A stretch of 31,134 nt of DNA from Octopus sinensis (Eukaryota), in contig NW_021832447.1 of the NCBI RefSeq assembly GCF_006345805.1, forward strand, positions 1-31,134, in the 5' to 3' direction. The notes beneath the pieces are model-generated. The model was not told where the DNA came from and did not search any database. It saw only the letters and a list, made by a program, of their open reading frames with translations. The position numbers and the translations under genes were made by a program. Within the stretch, counting starts at the first letter, position 1. The number at the start of each line of letters is the position of its first letter. Below, piece by piece: positions 1 through 10,626 of the stretch.

Positions 1-215
1 TGTGTGCATTTATGTGTGTCTGAGTTTGTCCCTCTTCGCCGCGTGACAACAGGTGTTGGTATGTTTCCGTCCCTGGAAAAAGAAACCCATAGAAAAAATT
101 AATCTTTTAAAAAAAAAAAAAATCCTCGAGTCGATTTGTTTAGCTAAAACCCTTCAAGGTGGCGCCCCAGTTTGGGCGCAGTGAAAGTGACTCAAGCCAG
201 TAAAGATAAAACGAG
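1..215 (+). mobile_element. 3' half of SINE family A (tRNA head + CORE-like + internal microsatellite type), diverged
   Basis: (TG)-rich start, then GACAACAGGTGTTGGTATGTTT...TCGATTTGTT...AAGGTGGCGCCCCAG...GCAGT...AGTAAAGA. Collinear with the copies at 6120-6338 (+) and 20090-20290 (-). Confidence 0.75.
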
Positions 216-821
216 CTAAAAGATTAATTCGACCAGATTTAAAACTATAGCAAAATCCGTTTTGACCCTTTTAGTGTAGAGAACAATCAAGACCATTATT
301 TGTATGAATTATAGTATGATGACGAAAAGATAACATCAACGTAATGGATTGATAATTGCTTTCTGGCCACCAGAGAGATGCAAAGCACATGACCTTTGAG
401 TGGTATAACAAGTCTTTATTTTGAGATAAATCTTCCTCAAATCCCAACCTATTTTCATAACAAAAGTTACGTCTGTGATCATGAATATTGTCCTCCATAC
501 AAATATCTTACTCTGGTTACGCGGGGCTGAAAAATTTAAACAGTGGAGTCTCTAAGTTATTACGTCTTAAAATGATGCCATAAACACCTTCGACCTATTT
601 ATCCGCTGGGTCGGTGAACAGTCACGGGGCAAGACATTTCCTAAATGTCTGCGTTTATATAGTTTATATCTCTTCTATGTCAAATTATGCATGCAAACAT
701 ACAAATACATAAATATTATTTTCATATGGAAATATATGTATATACATACAAACATTAAAAATCTATATATATATATTTTTAAATACACCTTTGTTGATTT
801 CAAAAACACCTTACCGAAATT

Positions 822-1390
822 AATAACAAATGCTCAAACTGAATACCCTCTGCAGTAAGTCATGTATCAATTTTCTTTAAGAAAGCGTCTTTCACATCCC
901 TGAGTGTGGAAAGGGTGATTTTGGAGCACTCAGTTGTTATTGCATTCTTCATATCATCAAGAGTTCGCGGATGACTCTGAGACAAATCAGATTTGAGTTG
1001 TCCCGAAAATAAATAGTCAAAGTGAGTAAAATCTACGCATCAGGGTGGCCGCTCCACGGAAGTCTCCGTCCAATACATATGTTAGGAAAGGACTGGTTTA
1101 AGTAATTACGCGCGCAATTAGCAAAGTCTGCTGGAACTTCACCCTGCTGAAAAAAGAAGTTGACCCTTCTTTATTCTGTCTTCAAATTCCAATGCATTCA
1201 TCTTTTCCTTTCACCCTTTCGTAATCAATAAATAAAAATCAAGGTCTGCCGGAGCTCCAAATAGGTTTCCCCTGTCAGAAGGCTGTGCGATATCTAGGAC
1301 ACCCAGAATCTAGTAATAAATTGTACAACGAATCTAACAAATCTTCGCAGTGGGGTCAAACCAGTGACTTCTTGGCTGCAAAAGGCTCTT
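822..1390 (-). pseudogene. Decayed Tc1/mariner-superfamily (DDD-type) transposase, C-terminal half
   Basis: Manual minus-strand translation across stops and a frameshift: LTGETYLEL ... FFQQGEVPADFANCARNYLNQSFPNICIGR / VERPP*CVDFTHFDYLFSGQLKS...HPRTLDDMKNAITTEC...AEGIQFEHLL. This matches the family motifs FQQDGAPAH, WIGR, WPPRSPDLTPLDFFLWG.LK and G.QFEHLL. Confidence 0.85.
1159..1237 (+). repeat. 79-bp diverged SINE-B fragment inserted in the transposase; near-identical to 7979-8057
   Basis: GTTGACCCTTCTTTATTCTGTCTTCAAATTCC...CCTTTCACCCTTTCGTAATCAATAAATAAAA occurs at both sites with 3 mismatches. It contains a B-box-like TTCAAATTCC. Confidence 0.85.
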
Positions 1391-1782
1391 TTTAATAACT
1401 CAGATATACATAGATAGACGTGCATATAATTGTACAGTCTAAACGTACATGTGCAAGAATACATACTTATATAAGTATACAAAATCATGTAATCATAATT
1501 ATTTATACTTCCAAAATAATCGGTGATATACGTATTGCTTTATATGCAGAAATATATACTGACAATATTACTGGGTAATATAAGCTAACAACTTCTATGG
1601 ATGGATGGGGTAATTTCATATGTATGTATATATCTAGATCTTTATAAAGTTATGTCATATTAAATAACCATACATAAAGGCATAGAGTATATATATGTGT
1701 GTGTGTATGTATTCCTTATTTAGGAATTAATATAACCATCATTGCGGTGTTGAGCACTCATTTCATCGTTCGACAGTTACTT

Positions 1783-1784
<2 letters not shown>

Positions 1785-1821
<37 letters not shown>
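1785..1821. repeat. (TA)n microsatellite
   Basis: Directly visible. Confidence 0.95.
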
Positions 1822-1825
<4 letters not shown>

Positions 1826-1964
1826 AGAATGTTATTGTCCCACGGAAATGATCACGATTACTTACATAGCGATAAAATCTCTATATAATGTTACATAAGT
1901 ATTGGAAATTAGTCCATTACAGACGGATCCAAAACACATCTTTCTGGATTTTCTTTTTTGTAAT

Positions 1965-2140
1965 TTTGGTGCAAGGCCAACAATCAGAGGAGGAGATGGA
2001 AGCCAATGCTCACAAACATTTCTGTTAAGGATAAAAGGCAAAGTTTATTTTGGTGGAATTTGAGCTCACGAAGACAAAGAGCTAGAAGAATTGCTGCTAT
2101 GCATTGTGTACGATGCGTTACAATTTTTGCCAGTTCCCCT
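1965..2140 (-). mobile_element. Highly diverged SINE family B copy
   Basis: GCAAGGCCAACAA...AAAAGGCAAAGTT...GGTGGAATTTGAGCTCA...TGCTATGCATTG...TTGCCAGTTC, collinear with the copies at 17345-17507 and 23930-24132. Confidence 0.65.
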
Positions 2141-2867
2141 TGTCATGATCAAAGAGATATTTCAAGAAAGGCATTCTCGATGTGAGCAGCCGATTTTGGC
2201 TGGTAATTATATTTAGGTTATCTGACGTGTCTATGTTTTAAGATTGTACGACGTGATATAAAGGGAATGCGACTGCAATTTCTACAAAGATATTGGCGAT
2301 GTATCGCAAATGTGTTAGCTTTACATAGTTCATGAAAAGTAGGCGAGGCAAGAGCGTAATTGTATTAACATTTGTCAGTGCTTTACAAACCTAACATCTC
2401 CATAGAAGCTTTGATAAAGTCAATGGGAATTTACATCGATATATATAAAGTAACATATAAATTTTCCTAAACTTATATCCACTCTAAATTTTATATTATA
2501 GATAATTCAAGTAGCTGGGAACGAAGACAAACCCTTTCATTCAAAGGAAAATTCTAAATTTTAAAGGGATGTATACTTTGTATTATACTATGAATAATTA
2601 AATTTTCGGAGAATCATAATTCTCTTAAGAACGAAGGGAAACTTGGAAAACGTTATGCTATACAAATGATAATATCGTCTTAAATATTGTGTTATAAAGC
2701 GTTCTTGCTGAGGTTGGTTATTTCACATTCACACTCTAGCATTTTTTAAAAATCTTAGTCGCTATCCAGTCTTGCCTGAGTAAAAATCGTAACATGCGTG
2801 CCTGTGTCCATATATGTGAGAAGTCAAGTATGTGTGACCATACTACCTATGTAAATACACACACATG

Positions 2868-2870
<3 letters not shown>

Positions 2871-2920
<50 letters not shown>
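2871..2920. repeat. (TA)n microsatellite, left flank of the palindrome
   Basis: Directly visible. Confidence 0.95.
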
Positions 2921-2923
<3 letters not shown>

Positions 2924-3233
2924 CAATGAAGAAAATGCTGACAAAATAATTTAAGTAAGGGAGAGTGTATTTAGTTAGGTGAAAGTTCTTTACCGGTTGC
3001 GCATTTGTTATGCTTATCAAAAGATATATTTTAAAGAGAGATAGAGTTCCTTTCTGATAGATTTTTTTCTCTTATCAGATAAGAGAAAAAAATCTATCAG
3101 AAAGGAAGTCTATCTCTCTTAAAAATATATCTTTTGATAAGCATAACAAATGCGCAACCGGTAAAGAACTTTCACCTAACTAAATACACTCTCCCTTACT
3201 TAAATTATTTTGTCAGCATTTTCTTCATTTCCT
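2921..3233. repeat. Near-perfect palindrome (156-bp arms, 1-nt centre at 3077), probably a fold-back Penelope-like terminal fragment
   Basis: 2921-3076 is the reverse complement of 3078-3233 with about 3 mismatches; the centre is CTTATC-A-GATAAG. The right side runs on uniquely to ~3276, and (TA)n lies on both sides. Confidence 0.95.
3130..3167 (+). ncRNA. Degenerate type I minimal hammerhead ribozyme (mirror copy at 2987-3024, minus)
   Basis: TCTT-[TTGATAA]-GCAT-AACAA-ATGC-[GCAA]-CCGG-TA-AAGA. Stem I TCTT/AAGA, stem II GCAT/ATGC, palindromic stem III ACCGGT, GUA triplet. Three core substitutions versus CUGAUGA/GAAA. Confidence 0.65.
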
Positions 3234-3273
3234 TCTTTTATATATCACAACTCGTGTTCCACATCTCCTTTTT

Positions 3274-3317
<44 letters not shown>

Positions 3318-3361
3318 GCTATTTATGTATATATAAGTATATGTCTATATATATAAACATA

Positions 3362-3872
3362 GTCAATTGGCACTTGATTTATCGACCCCGAAATGATGAC
3401 AGGCAAAGTCGACCTCGATGGAATTTCAATTAAAAACGTAGCGACGGGCGACATACCTATTTCTTTACTACCCACAAGGGGATAAGCACAGAGGGGACAA
3501 ACAAGGACAGACACACGGATTAAATCGATTGTATCGACCCCAGTGCGTAATCGGTACTTATTTAATCGACCCCGAAAGGATGAAAGGCAAAGTCGAGCTC
3601 GGCGGAATTTGAAGTCAGAAAGTACCGGCAGACGAAATACCTATTTCTTTACTACCCACAAGGGGCTAAACACAGAGGGGACAAACAAGGACAGACAAAC
3701 GGATTAAGTCGATAACATCAAACCTAGTGCGTAACTGGTACTTATTTAATCGAGCCCGAAAGGATGAAATACAAAGTCGACCTCGGCGGAATTTTAACTC
3801 AGAACGTAACGGCCGACGAAATACCGCAAAGCATTTCGCCCGGCGTGCTAACGTTTCTGCCAGCTCGCCGCC
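3362..3872 (-). mobile_element. SINE family B trimer (one tRNA head + 184-bp tandem bodies)
   Basis: Minus-strand head GGCGGCGAGCTGGCAGAAACGTTAGC (A-box-like), GAGTT(C/A)AAATTCC (B-box-like) and central GCCTTTCATCCTTTCGGGGTCGAT domain (resembles the MetaSINE central domain as I recall it). Junction motif at ~3450-3457 (diverged), 3634-3641 and 3818-3825. Confidence 0.9.
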
Positions 3873-5539
3873 TTGTAAACATCAATAATACTAACCTGAA
3901 GATCACAATGCCAAAACAACGTATATTCTGTGACGTGTGCGTGTCTGTACGTATGCGTGTATATGCGTTTGCGAGTATGTATAGGTAAATTTGCTGTGTG
4001 TCACATGCGTGTTTATTACTCTGTACGATTTTCAAGTGTGAATTAAGTAATATTGTAATTTAATTCGAGCCTTGTGCGTTTTATTATTCGTCTGAATTGA
4101 GGTGTCATGGATATTAAATTAGAATTCTGCAATTAATCATGTTTAATAACAGTATATATATATTTTTTCTTGGGTAAAAAAATTCGAACAACATTTCTTT
4201 AAAAAAATATATAAGGTTAATATAATTATTCATAATTGATTTATAAATTCATACTATGAAAACTATACAGATAATTCAATTAGATTTGTACTACACCGTA
4301 CTAGGAAACTGAATACAGTCTCATAGTTTTAATTTATTTCATTTTTTAACTTATATAGAACTCGACACTTCTGTCTCAATTTCTATATAATTTTGCAATG
4401 TTTACAAAGTTTTCAAAAGTATTAAAAATACTTTAATTATGTTTCTCATCATGTTTGGTTCTTGTTTACTTTTCTTTTGCTAATAATTACCATTTCGTCA
4501 AAGACGTTAATATATCGGGTCTTATAAATTTAATCTGTCGACAAAAAAATTACAAAAATGTGGTAAATATTGTAAGGATAGTGTTTAAATGTACAACATA
4601 TTTTCTTCATATTTTACTAACAGATTTAATGAAAAAGTAATGGCTTTCCAGTGAACGGTGACAAATTTTTTTGGTTCACTTCATTTGATAAAAATAAAAG
4701 CAACATCTACTAAATAACACATCCTAATGAATCAGAATAAGCGAACATTACATTAGATATCATAGTGATATGATATTACTAATGATTTTAAAATCGCATG
4801 GAAGTTGATGCTCGAAATGCATATTCTTTTTTTTCATAGATATAGTCGTTAAAGACTACTACAGTGTCGGAAGAATATGAACCATTGTATTTATGGATTT
4901 CTACTTTTGCTTTAAGTTTATGCATACCGAAAAGCACACAAGGAGATATGCACATCGTTTAATTTCGATTCTAGAGATTATCTAATGTTTCTTATTCTAA
5001 GTCAAACCTAATTGCCTTTGACTTGTGTGTAACTTGCTCATTCCATGGGAATGAAGATTGCTTCAATAAATCGTGAATTTTCTATCACACATACCTTTAT
5101 TCACCTGCGTTCGTCCATACCACTATGTTATTCTCTTAGCTTTTATTTTTGCTACATGTATCATATAAGTGTGTTGTGTGTGTATGTGTGTTTATGTGTA
5201 AGTCTAGGTGTCCACGTATAACTTCGTCATGCGTAGGTCTCTTATAAAAGAAAATTTTCCAAAATTTGTGAATAAGTGAAAACATGATCTCGTATTATGT
5301 TTTACAGTGATATTTAGGCAACTGCGTAATGACCAATGCTCTCCGAAATAATAATAATGCTGATAGTGGAACAGACAAATAATATACGTCAACTCATTTT
5401 CATCGCAGATAGACATGGATTCCTAAAAACATTTTCTTTCCTCTAACTAGATATTTCGGCAAGTGCCTTCCGCTAGAGCCTCGGGCTGACCAAAGCATTG
5501 TGAGTGCGATTAGTAGGTGGAAACTCAAAAAACCTGTAG

Positions 5540-5577
<38 letters not shown>

Positions 5578-5578
<1 letters not shown>

Positions 5579-6065
5579 AATTGATCAAAATAAAATAAAA
5601 TAACATGATGCGAAGGATTCAGCGGTACATATGTTTCGGGCCTTTATTAGACAGATTTATAACAATGCATAATGTATGTCTGTGGCTTCTTCAGCCGCGC
5701 ACAACAGCTTCCACAAGGACATGTGTTACATCAAAAATTCTTGGTTGGGGATGCAAATCCTCTCATTCACGTACGACATAATGCGGCAGCAGCATAGAGT
5801 TGAAGCGTCCATCTCTTTCTTCTCTCAATGTAGAATGAGGAAAATTGGATGTTGAGGTAATGTAAATAAATAAATACATATATAGAGGTGAAGATGGAGG
5901 GGCGAGAGTTCGGGACGAGGGATAAAAAAATGTATAAAAAGTGTAAGTATAGAATAATATAAAAATGTAGAGGATAAAGGGTTGTAAGTAGATGTAAAGG
6001 GGGTATAAAGAAATATAAAGTAAAAATAGAAATAGAAATAAAAGTAAAAAAACCTGATAAAAACA
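5578..6065 (-). mobile_element. Non-coding Penelope-like terminal-repeat / retrozyme-like insert carrying a hammerhead
   Basis: ~490 bp flanked on both sides by (TA)n. On the minus strand it has a pyrimidine-rich 5' part, then a hammerhead about 45 nt from the 3' end, then a TTATTTTATTTT tail. Confidence 0.7.
5622..5698 (-). ncRNA. Type I minimal hammerhead ribozyme
   Basis: Minus strand: GCGG-CTGAAGA-AGCC-(ACAGA...TCTGT extension)-GGCCC-GAAA-C-ATAT-G-TA-CCGC. Intact CUGANGA and GAAA, palindromic stem III ACATATGT, GUA cleavage triplet, stem I GCGG/CCGC. The base of stem II is imperfect. Confidence 0.8.
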
Positions 6066-7359
6066 TATATATATATATATACACATACATACATACGTGT
6101 GTGTTGTGTGTGTGTGTGCAGATGTTTGCGTGTCTGTGTTCATCTACCTACTACCGCTTGTGAACCGATGTTGGTATGTTTACATCCCGGTAAATTAGCA
6201 GTTCAGCAAAAGAGACTGATCGAATAAGTAAGAGGCAGGCAGAGAACAAGTCCCGGGGTCGATTTGTTCGACTAAAGGTGGTGCTCCAGCATAGCCGCAG
6301 GCAAATGACTGAAACAAATACAAGAATGAAAGAATGAATTTGACGAGATTAGCCTAAGAAAAATATGCCTTAGAAAAGCACGAATGCCGGCGTATAATGC
6401 ATAAGGTTTGCTTAATCGATTTTATTCAAGGTTTTTTCTCCTCCTTCTTTACCAGTCTTCAAATTTACTAAACAAACTGTCACTCAGGAGCATCCGACTG
6501 TCTTTGTAAATCAACAAATATAATCTGTAATTCACGTTCATAGTAAAGACATCGTTAGTTGTCCTAATATTCGAGACATTTCACTTAAATTACTCATTAA
6601 ATGAAATTACTAAAAAGTACAGCGTGCAAAATTTCTTTTGGTGAACTTGCACACGACATAATCACATAAGATGTTATTAAAAGTTACTTTTATAAGATTT
6701 TATTATGTATTTGTAGACGTTAAATTTTGTTTATTTAGTTTAGCAACAGCAGCTGTTTGTTTCTAGTTAGGGGAAATATAATGTTGTTTTTAGGAGTCTA
6801 TGTGCATCTCTTATGATAAATCTACGATAAAAATGAGTTAACGTATATTATTTGTCTGTTTAACTGTCAGCTATTTTGGAGTGCATTGGTCATTAAGCAG
6901 TTAATTGATATAATAATTGCTGAGAAAATCTCCATAAATAATGACATATGTTAAATGTAGTAATTATTAAACATATGGAGGGTAATTCCAACATATCCCG
7001 ATAAGGTGTACGTATTTCATTTCGTATACAGCTGTTCGATTTTCATGTGCATCACTATATTTATATCACAATGCAACGACTTCGCAAATACCCAAAATTT
7101 TTATTGCTTTCTGTTTTCTGCATTTAGGGTAATATATCTTCATGTATTTTTAATGTTTGTTCTATGAATTTTCTTTATCATTCTTTTTTATTAGTAAGAT
7201 TTATCTTCCGTATTTTATCGGCTTTTCAATTAATATTCGTTATAAAACATGAAAGACATTGCTTTTTAGTACCACTTTCTATCATATTCAATACTATACA
7301 GATGTCTTATTTCACACCAGCTCTTTCCTGCTTGAGGTTATATCCTACTGGTGTTTATA

Positions 7360-7970
7360 AAGCAAATCGGAAACTAAGTAGTGAGGATGATTTCATCAAC
7401 AGCACACGTTCCATTCCGTGCATCGAGGTAGTAAATTGTGATTGGAAGGACCACGTTACCAGTGAAGAGGTTCTGTTCTGGGCTAGACTGACCGGCATTG
7501 AAGCTACCATGGCAGGGCACCGCCTCCACTGGTCGTGACACTTCATACGTATGCTTTGAAGGCGCCTCCTCTGTTAGGTTCTCAGTCACCAGACCGCGCG
7601 AGACCACCAAATTCTGTTTCCGAGACCAGCTCAAGCGACTCCTCTCTTCTGCTCTGTTGACCCAAATACCTGAGAGAAAATTGCCAAGGACCGCCCAAAG
7701 TGGAGATATATCATCGTAAAGGGAACGAAGCAGATGGAAAACAACGTACGTCAACTGTCTGAGATCAGACGTCGAAGAGACAAATAGCCACTCGCTCCTA
7801 CTCGTCCTCCGCCAACTCTTACTTGTGATTAATTTCCCCAGCTTTTCTATAGTACCTTTGGCCCGAAGAGCCACTTCAGGCACTGGCACCGTCCACACTC
7901 CTCTGGATGAAGACGCTCAACCTTTCGTTACACATTAACTATTCGTATGCGAGGTAATGACAACGACGTC
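7360..7970 (+). mobile_element. 5'-truncated RTE-clade (BovB-like) LINE 3' end, pseudogenised
   Basis: Translated across frameshifts: WKDHVTSEEVLFWARLTGIEATMAGHRLHWS*HFIRM ... KFCFRDQLKRLL ... *EKIAKDRPKWRYIIVKGTKQMENNVRQLSEIRRRRDK ... TCD..FYSTFGPKSHFRH. This fits the RTE post-RT motifs W.D.V.N.EVL, LRW.GH..RM, R..D.LK, WE..A.DR..WR and a terminal C2H2-like motif. Confidence 0.85.
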
Positions 7971-7974
7971 GACA

Positions 7975-8071
7975 ATTTGTTGACCCTTCTTTATTCTGTC
8001 TTCAAATTCCACTGCATTCATCGTTGCCTTTCACCCTTTCGTAATCAATAAATAAAAGTACTGTGATCGAC
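7975..8071 (+). mobile_element. Diverged SINE-B fragment directly after the LINE
   Basis: TTCTGTCTTCAAATTCC...TTGCCTTTCACCCTTTCG...AATAAAAGTACTGTGATCGA aligns to the SINE-B body. Confidence 0.7.
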
Positions 8072-8319
8072 TTCATCGAATAACACCACACACATGAAAT
8101 GTGGATGATATTATGCATATGTTAAAAATCACTTTACTGACCAATACCCAGGAGATGATAAGCAGATTCCACTCAGTCGAGAATAAGATCCCTTGAAAAT
8201 TTGATTACATGATGGGAAAACTACCAAAGGTCAATTTAGTTATTCTTTATTCCAGTGACCATAAAATTATTGCGAAGCTAGTGGAGATGAAAATCTTCTG
8301 CAATATTCTCTCAAGAAAA

Positions 8320-8515
8320 AGGCAGCGGGCTGGCAGAAACGTTAGCACGCCGGGCGAAATTTCTTAGTGGTATTTCGTTTGTCTTTGCATTCTGAGTTCA
8401 AATTCTTCTCATCCTTTCGTGGTCAATGAATTAACTATCAGTTGCGTACTGGGGTCGATCAAATTGACTGGACCCTCCCCCAAAATTTCGGGCCTTGCGC
8501 CCAGAGTAGAAAAGA
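8320..8515 (+). mobile_element. SINE family B, near full length, tail type 1
   Basis: AGGCAGCGGGCTGGCAGAAACGTTAGCACGCCGGGCGAAAT...GAGTTCAAATT...CATCCTTTCGTGGTC...CCCCCAAAATTTCGGGCCTTGCGCCCAGAGTAGAAAAG. Confidence 0.9.
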
Positions 8516-9689
8516 ATATTCCCTCAAGAATGCGTCGTATTGGGCCGTTATGACGAAAATGTGAATGTTTCTACAACGGAGGATAACGTGTGTTTGTATT
8601 TAAGTAATTAATCCATGATTCTAAGTGGAAGTAAGGATGTAAACTATGATTTATAAGTGGCTACAGAATGAAGATATATAAAGGTATGAAATTCATCAGA
8701 GCAAAGAAGACACCAATAAAATGACGGTTGCTTTAAACTACTTGATAAGTTATGTTTGTTGTCTAATAACGATCGAATGTATTCCCGAAGGATTTCTATT
8801 TAACGAAGTCTTCTTACATGGAATCCATTGATGTAATTCCGTCGTAGAATATATTGTTTAATGTGTTACTTAGTTGTATCTAACCTAGAATACCGCAATT
8901 ACGATGTGAGCGTCGTAACTGCGAGGCCACGTCTATTCAAATATATTTACATCAGAGAAGAAGCGTTTGCTGCACAATTAAATAGAGTGTCACTGCTCAG
9001 GGACTTATCCTGATGTAATTAATTGTTTGTTTGTTATTTTTCCTACTAAATCTCTGGTTATCTCCCTGCTCTCTATAAGAGATGTCGTCCGAACAAACCA
9101 TGCTGAATACTGAGGGTATGGAATAAAGAATTTATTGTCCTTATACATTCAGTATATTTTGACTATATCCGTTCTTGATATTATATTGCCACATAATTTT
9201 TCTTGCCATTGGTTGCTGAAATGTTCCTGGGTTTCGGTAAAAGAAATTTCAGGAGGCCATATAATTGTGATTTTATGCAGCATATTCTGCATCAAGATGC
9301 ACACATTTAGTACAGTGATTCTTCAGTTTTTTTCTAAGTAAAAGAACCTGAAAAATAGGACCTCCAATCAGGGCTTTCTCGATACCTAATCTAAGTCAGG
9401 AACCTTTCAGCTTCTCTTTGTACATTTTTCTTCTCATGTCATCGTGCCATTCGTTTTGTTTCGTATAAACCTTGTAATATAGTTTCTTTTTTCTAAACGT
9501 TTATCCGAATTTTGGGGTCATTTTTTTCTCTACTTGATACAGGGTAACACTTTCTCTGTATTTTTGTTTTCTTTTCATTGTCCTTGCTTTATGATATTTG
9601 TCTGTTTTTCTTCTTTTTTGGTTTGCAATTTTATATATATATTTTTAAATAAACATTAGTGTTATCAGAACTCGACCAAAATTAATAAC

Positions 9690-9835
9690 CCTTCCTGTTA
9701 AATGCACAACAGCAGTATATTTAAGGACGCGAAGGATTATATGAGTCCCAGTATTGCTTGATACTTTTTTATTACAAGCCCAGAATGGAAATCAGAGTCA
9801 ACGATAAGATCGGGGACATTCGATCTCAGAACATA
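9690..9835 (-). mobile_element. Very diverged SINE-B-like copy
   Basis: GATTATATGAGTCCCAGTATTGCTTGATACTTT...AGAGTCAAC...ATTCGATCTCAGAACAT resembles the SINE-B body in reverse. Confidence 0.45.
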
Positions 9836-9944
9836 ATTTTGGGGAATAAATTGTGTCTGCAACTTCGTTCAAAACTAACTATTGAAGCAATAAGCAAAAT
9901 GTGTACCTGATATTACATCGCTCACATGGTTTTTTAAAATTTTT

Positions 9945-10144
9945 ACCTTGACTGCAGCCAAGCTGGAGCAATGTCTTGAAGGGTTTTAGCCGAAAAAATC
10001 GACCATAGGGTTTGCTTTATTAACGTAGTACTTTTTGTATCGTTAAGTTTTTGCCCAGCCGCTAGTTTACGGGGACATATACAAACACCGGTTGTCAAAC
10101 TGTTGTGTAGCACAAACACAGACAAAAAGACACACACGCGCATG

Positions 10145-10175
<31 letters not shown>

Positions 10176-10350
10176 ATACTTATATACATATACGAGGGTT
10201 TTCTTCCGGTTTCTCTCCACCAAACCCCTTCACAATACCTTGGGCAGATGGAGGCTTTAGTACAAGACACATGCCCAAGGTGCCACGCAGTGGGACTAAA
10301 CCCTGACTCATGTGATTGGGATGCAACGTTTTTAGCACACAGCCACGCCT
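9945..10350 (-). mobile_element. SINE family A, near full length
   Basis: Minus-strand head GGCGTGGCTGTGTGCTAA...GGGTTTAGTCCCACTGCGTGGCACCTTGGGCATGTGTCTT (A/B-box-like plus CORE-like), internal (TA)/(CA) tract, and 3' GCTCCAGCTTGGCTGCAGTCAA. Confidence 0.85.
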
Positions 10351-10626
10351 GTTTTCCTTTGTATCTTCATTTCTGTTAAATTCTATTTTCAAGTTTATTT
10401 CCCACAGTTTTATTCCTTGTTTTCTAATTATATTTAACTCTGGTTGAGAACGTAACCATCCACACTTTTGAACAATTCTTATTTAATATCTGCTGCATTT
10501 GTGTACGTATGAGTGTGTACTTAAATTTCTGAATATTATTTTAAAATTTTTACAGATGATTGAAAATAGGTTAAAATGAAAAAAAATATTAAAACTCCTT
10601 TACATCATGTAGAAATGGAAATGCTA

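Larger units (their letters stand above)
5461..6338 (+). mobile_element. SINE family A copy split by an insertion in its internal (TA)n
   Basis: 5' part AAGTGCCTTCCGCTAGAGCCTCGGGCTGACCAAAGCATTGTGAGTG...GGAAACTCAAAAAACCTGTAGTATATA (5461-5545). 3' part resumes after ~6065 with (TA)/(TG), then ...GGTGGTGCTCCAGCATAGCCGCAG...GACTGAAACAAA. The uninterrupted copy at 20090-20498 shows the two parts are normally contiguous. Confidence 0.85.

Noticed and set aside
3362-3872. CRISPR-like or tRNA-gene array
   Set aside because: The units are whole 184-bp SINE bodies with no unique spacers, and the head has A/B-box-like motifs but no cloverleaf I can support.
3896-3930. CTGAAGA...CAAAAC AAC GTA hammerhead-like string
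   Set aside because: No stem II or stem I pairing and no GAAA; compatible with chance.
6435-6522. Possible terminal exon after a polypyrimidine tract and CAG (FKFTKQTVTQEHPTVFVNQQI*)
   Set aside because: The peptide is not recognisable and no upstream partner exon was found; acceptor-like strings are common by chance.
7374-7898. 174-aa minus-strand ORF
   Set aside because: It is antisense to the RTE LINE remnant; the recognisable motifs are on the plus strand.
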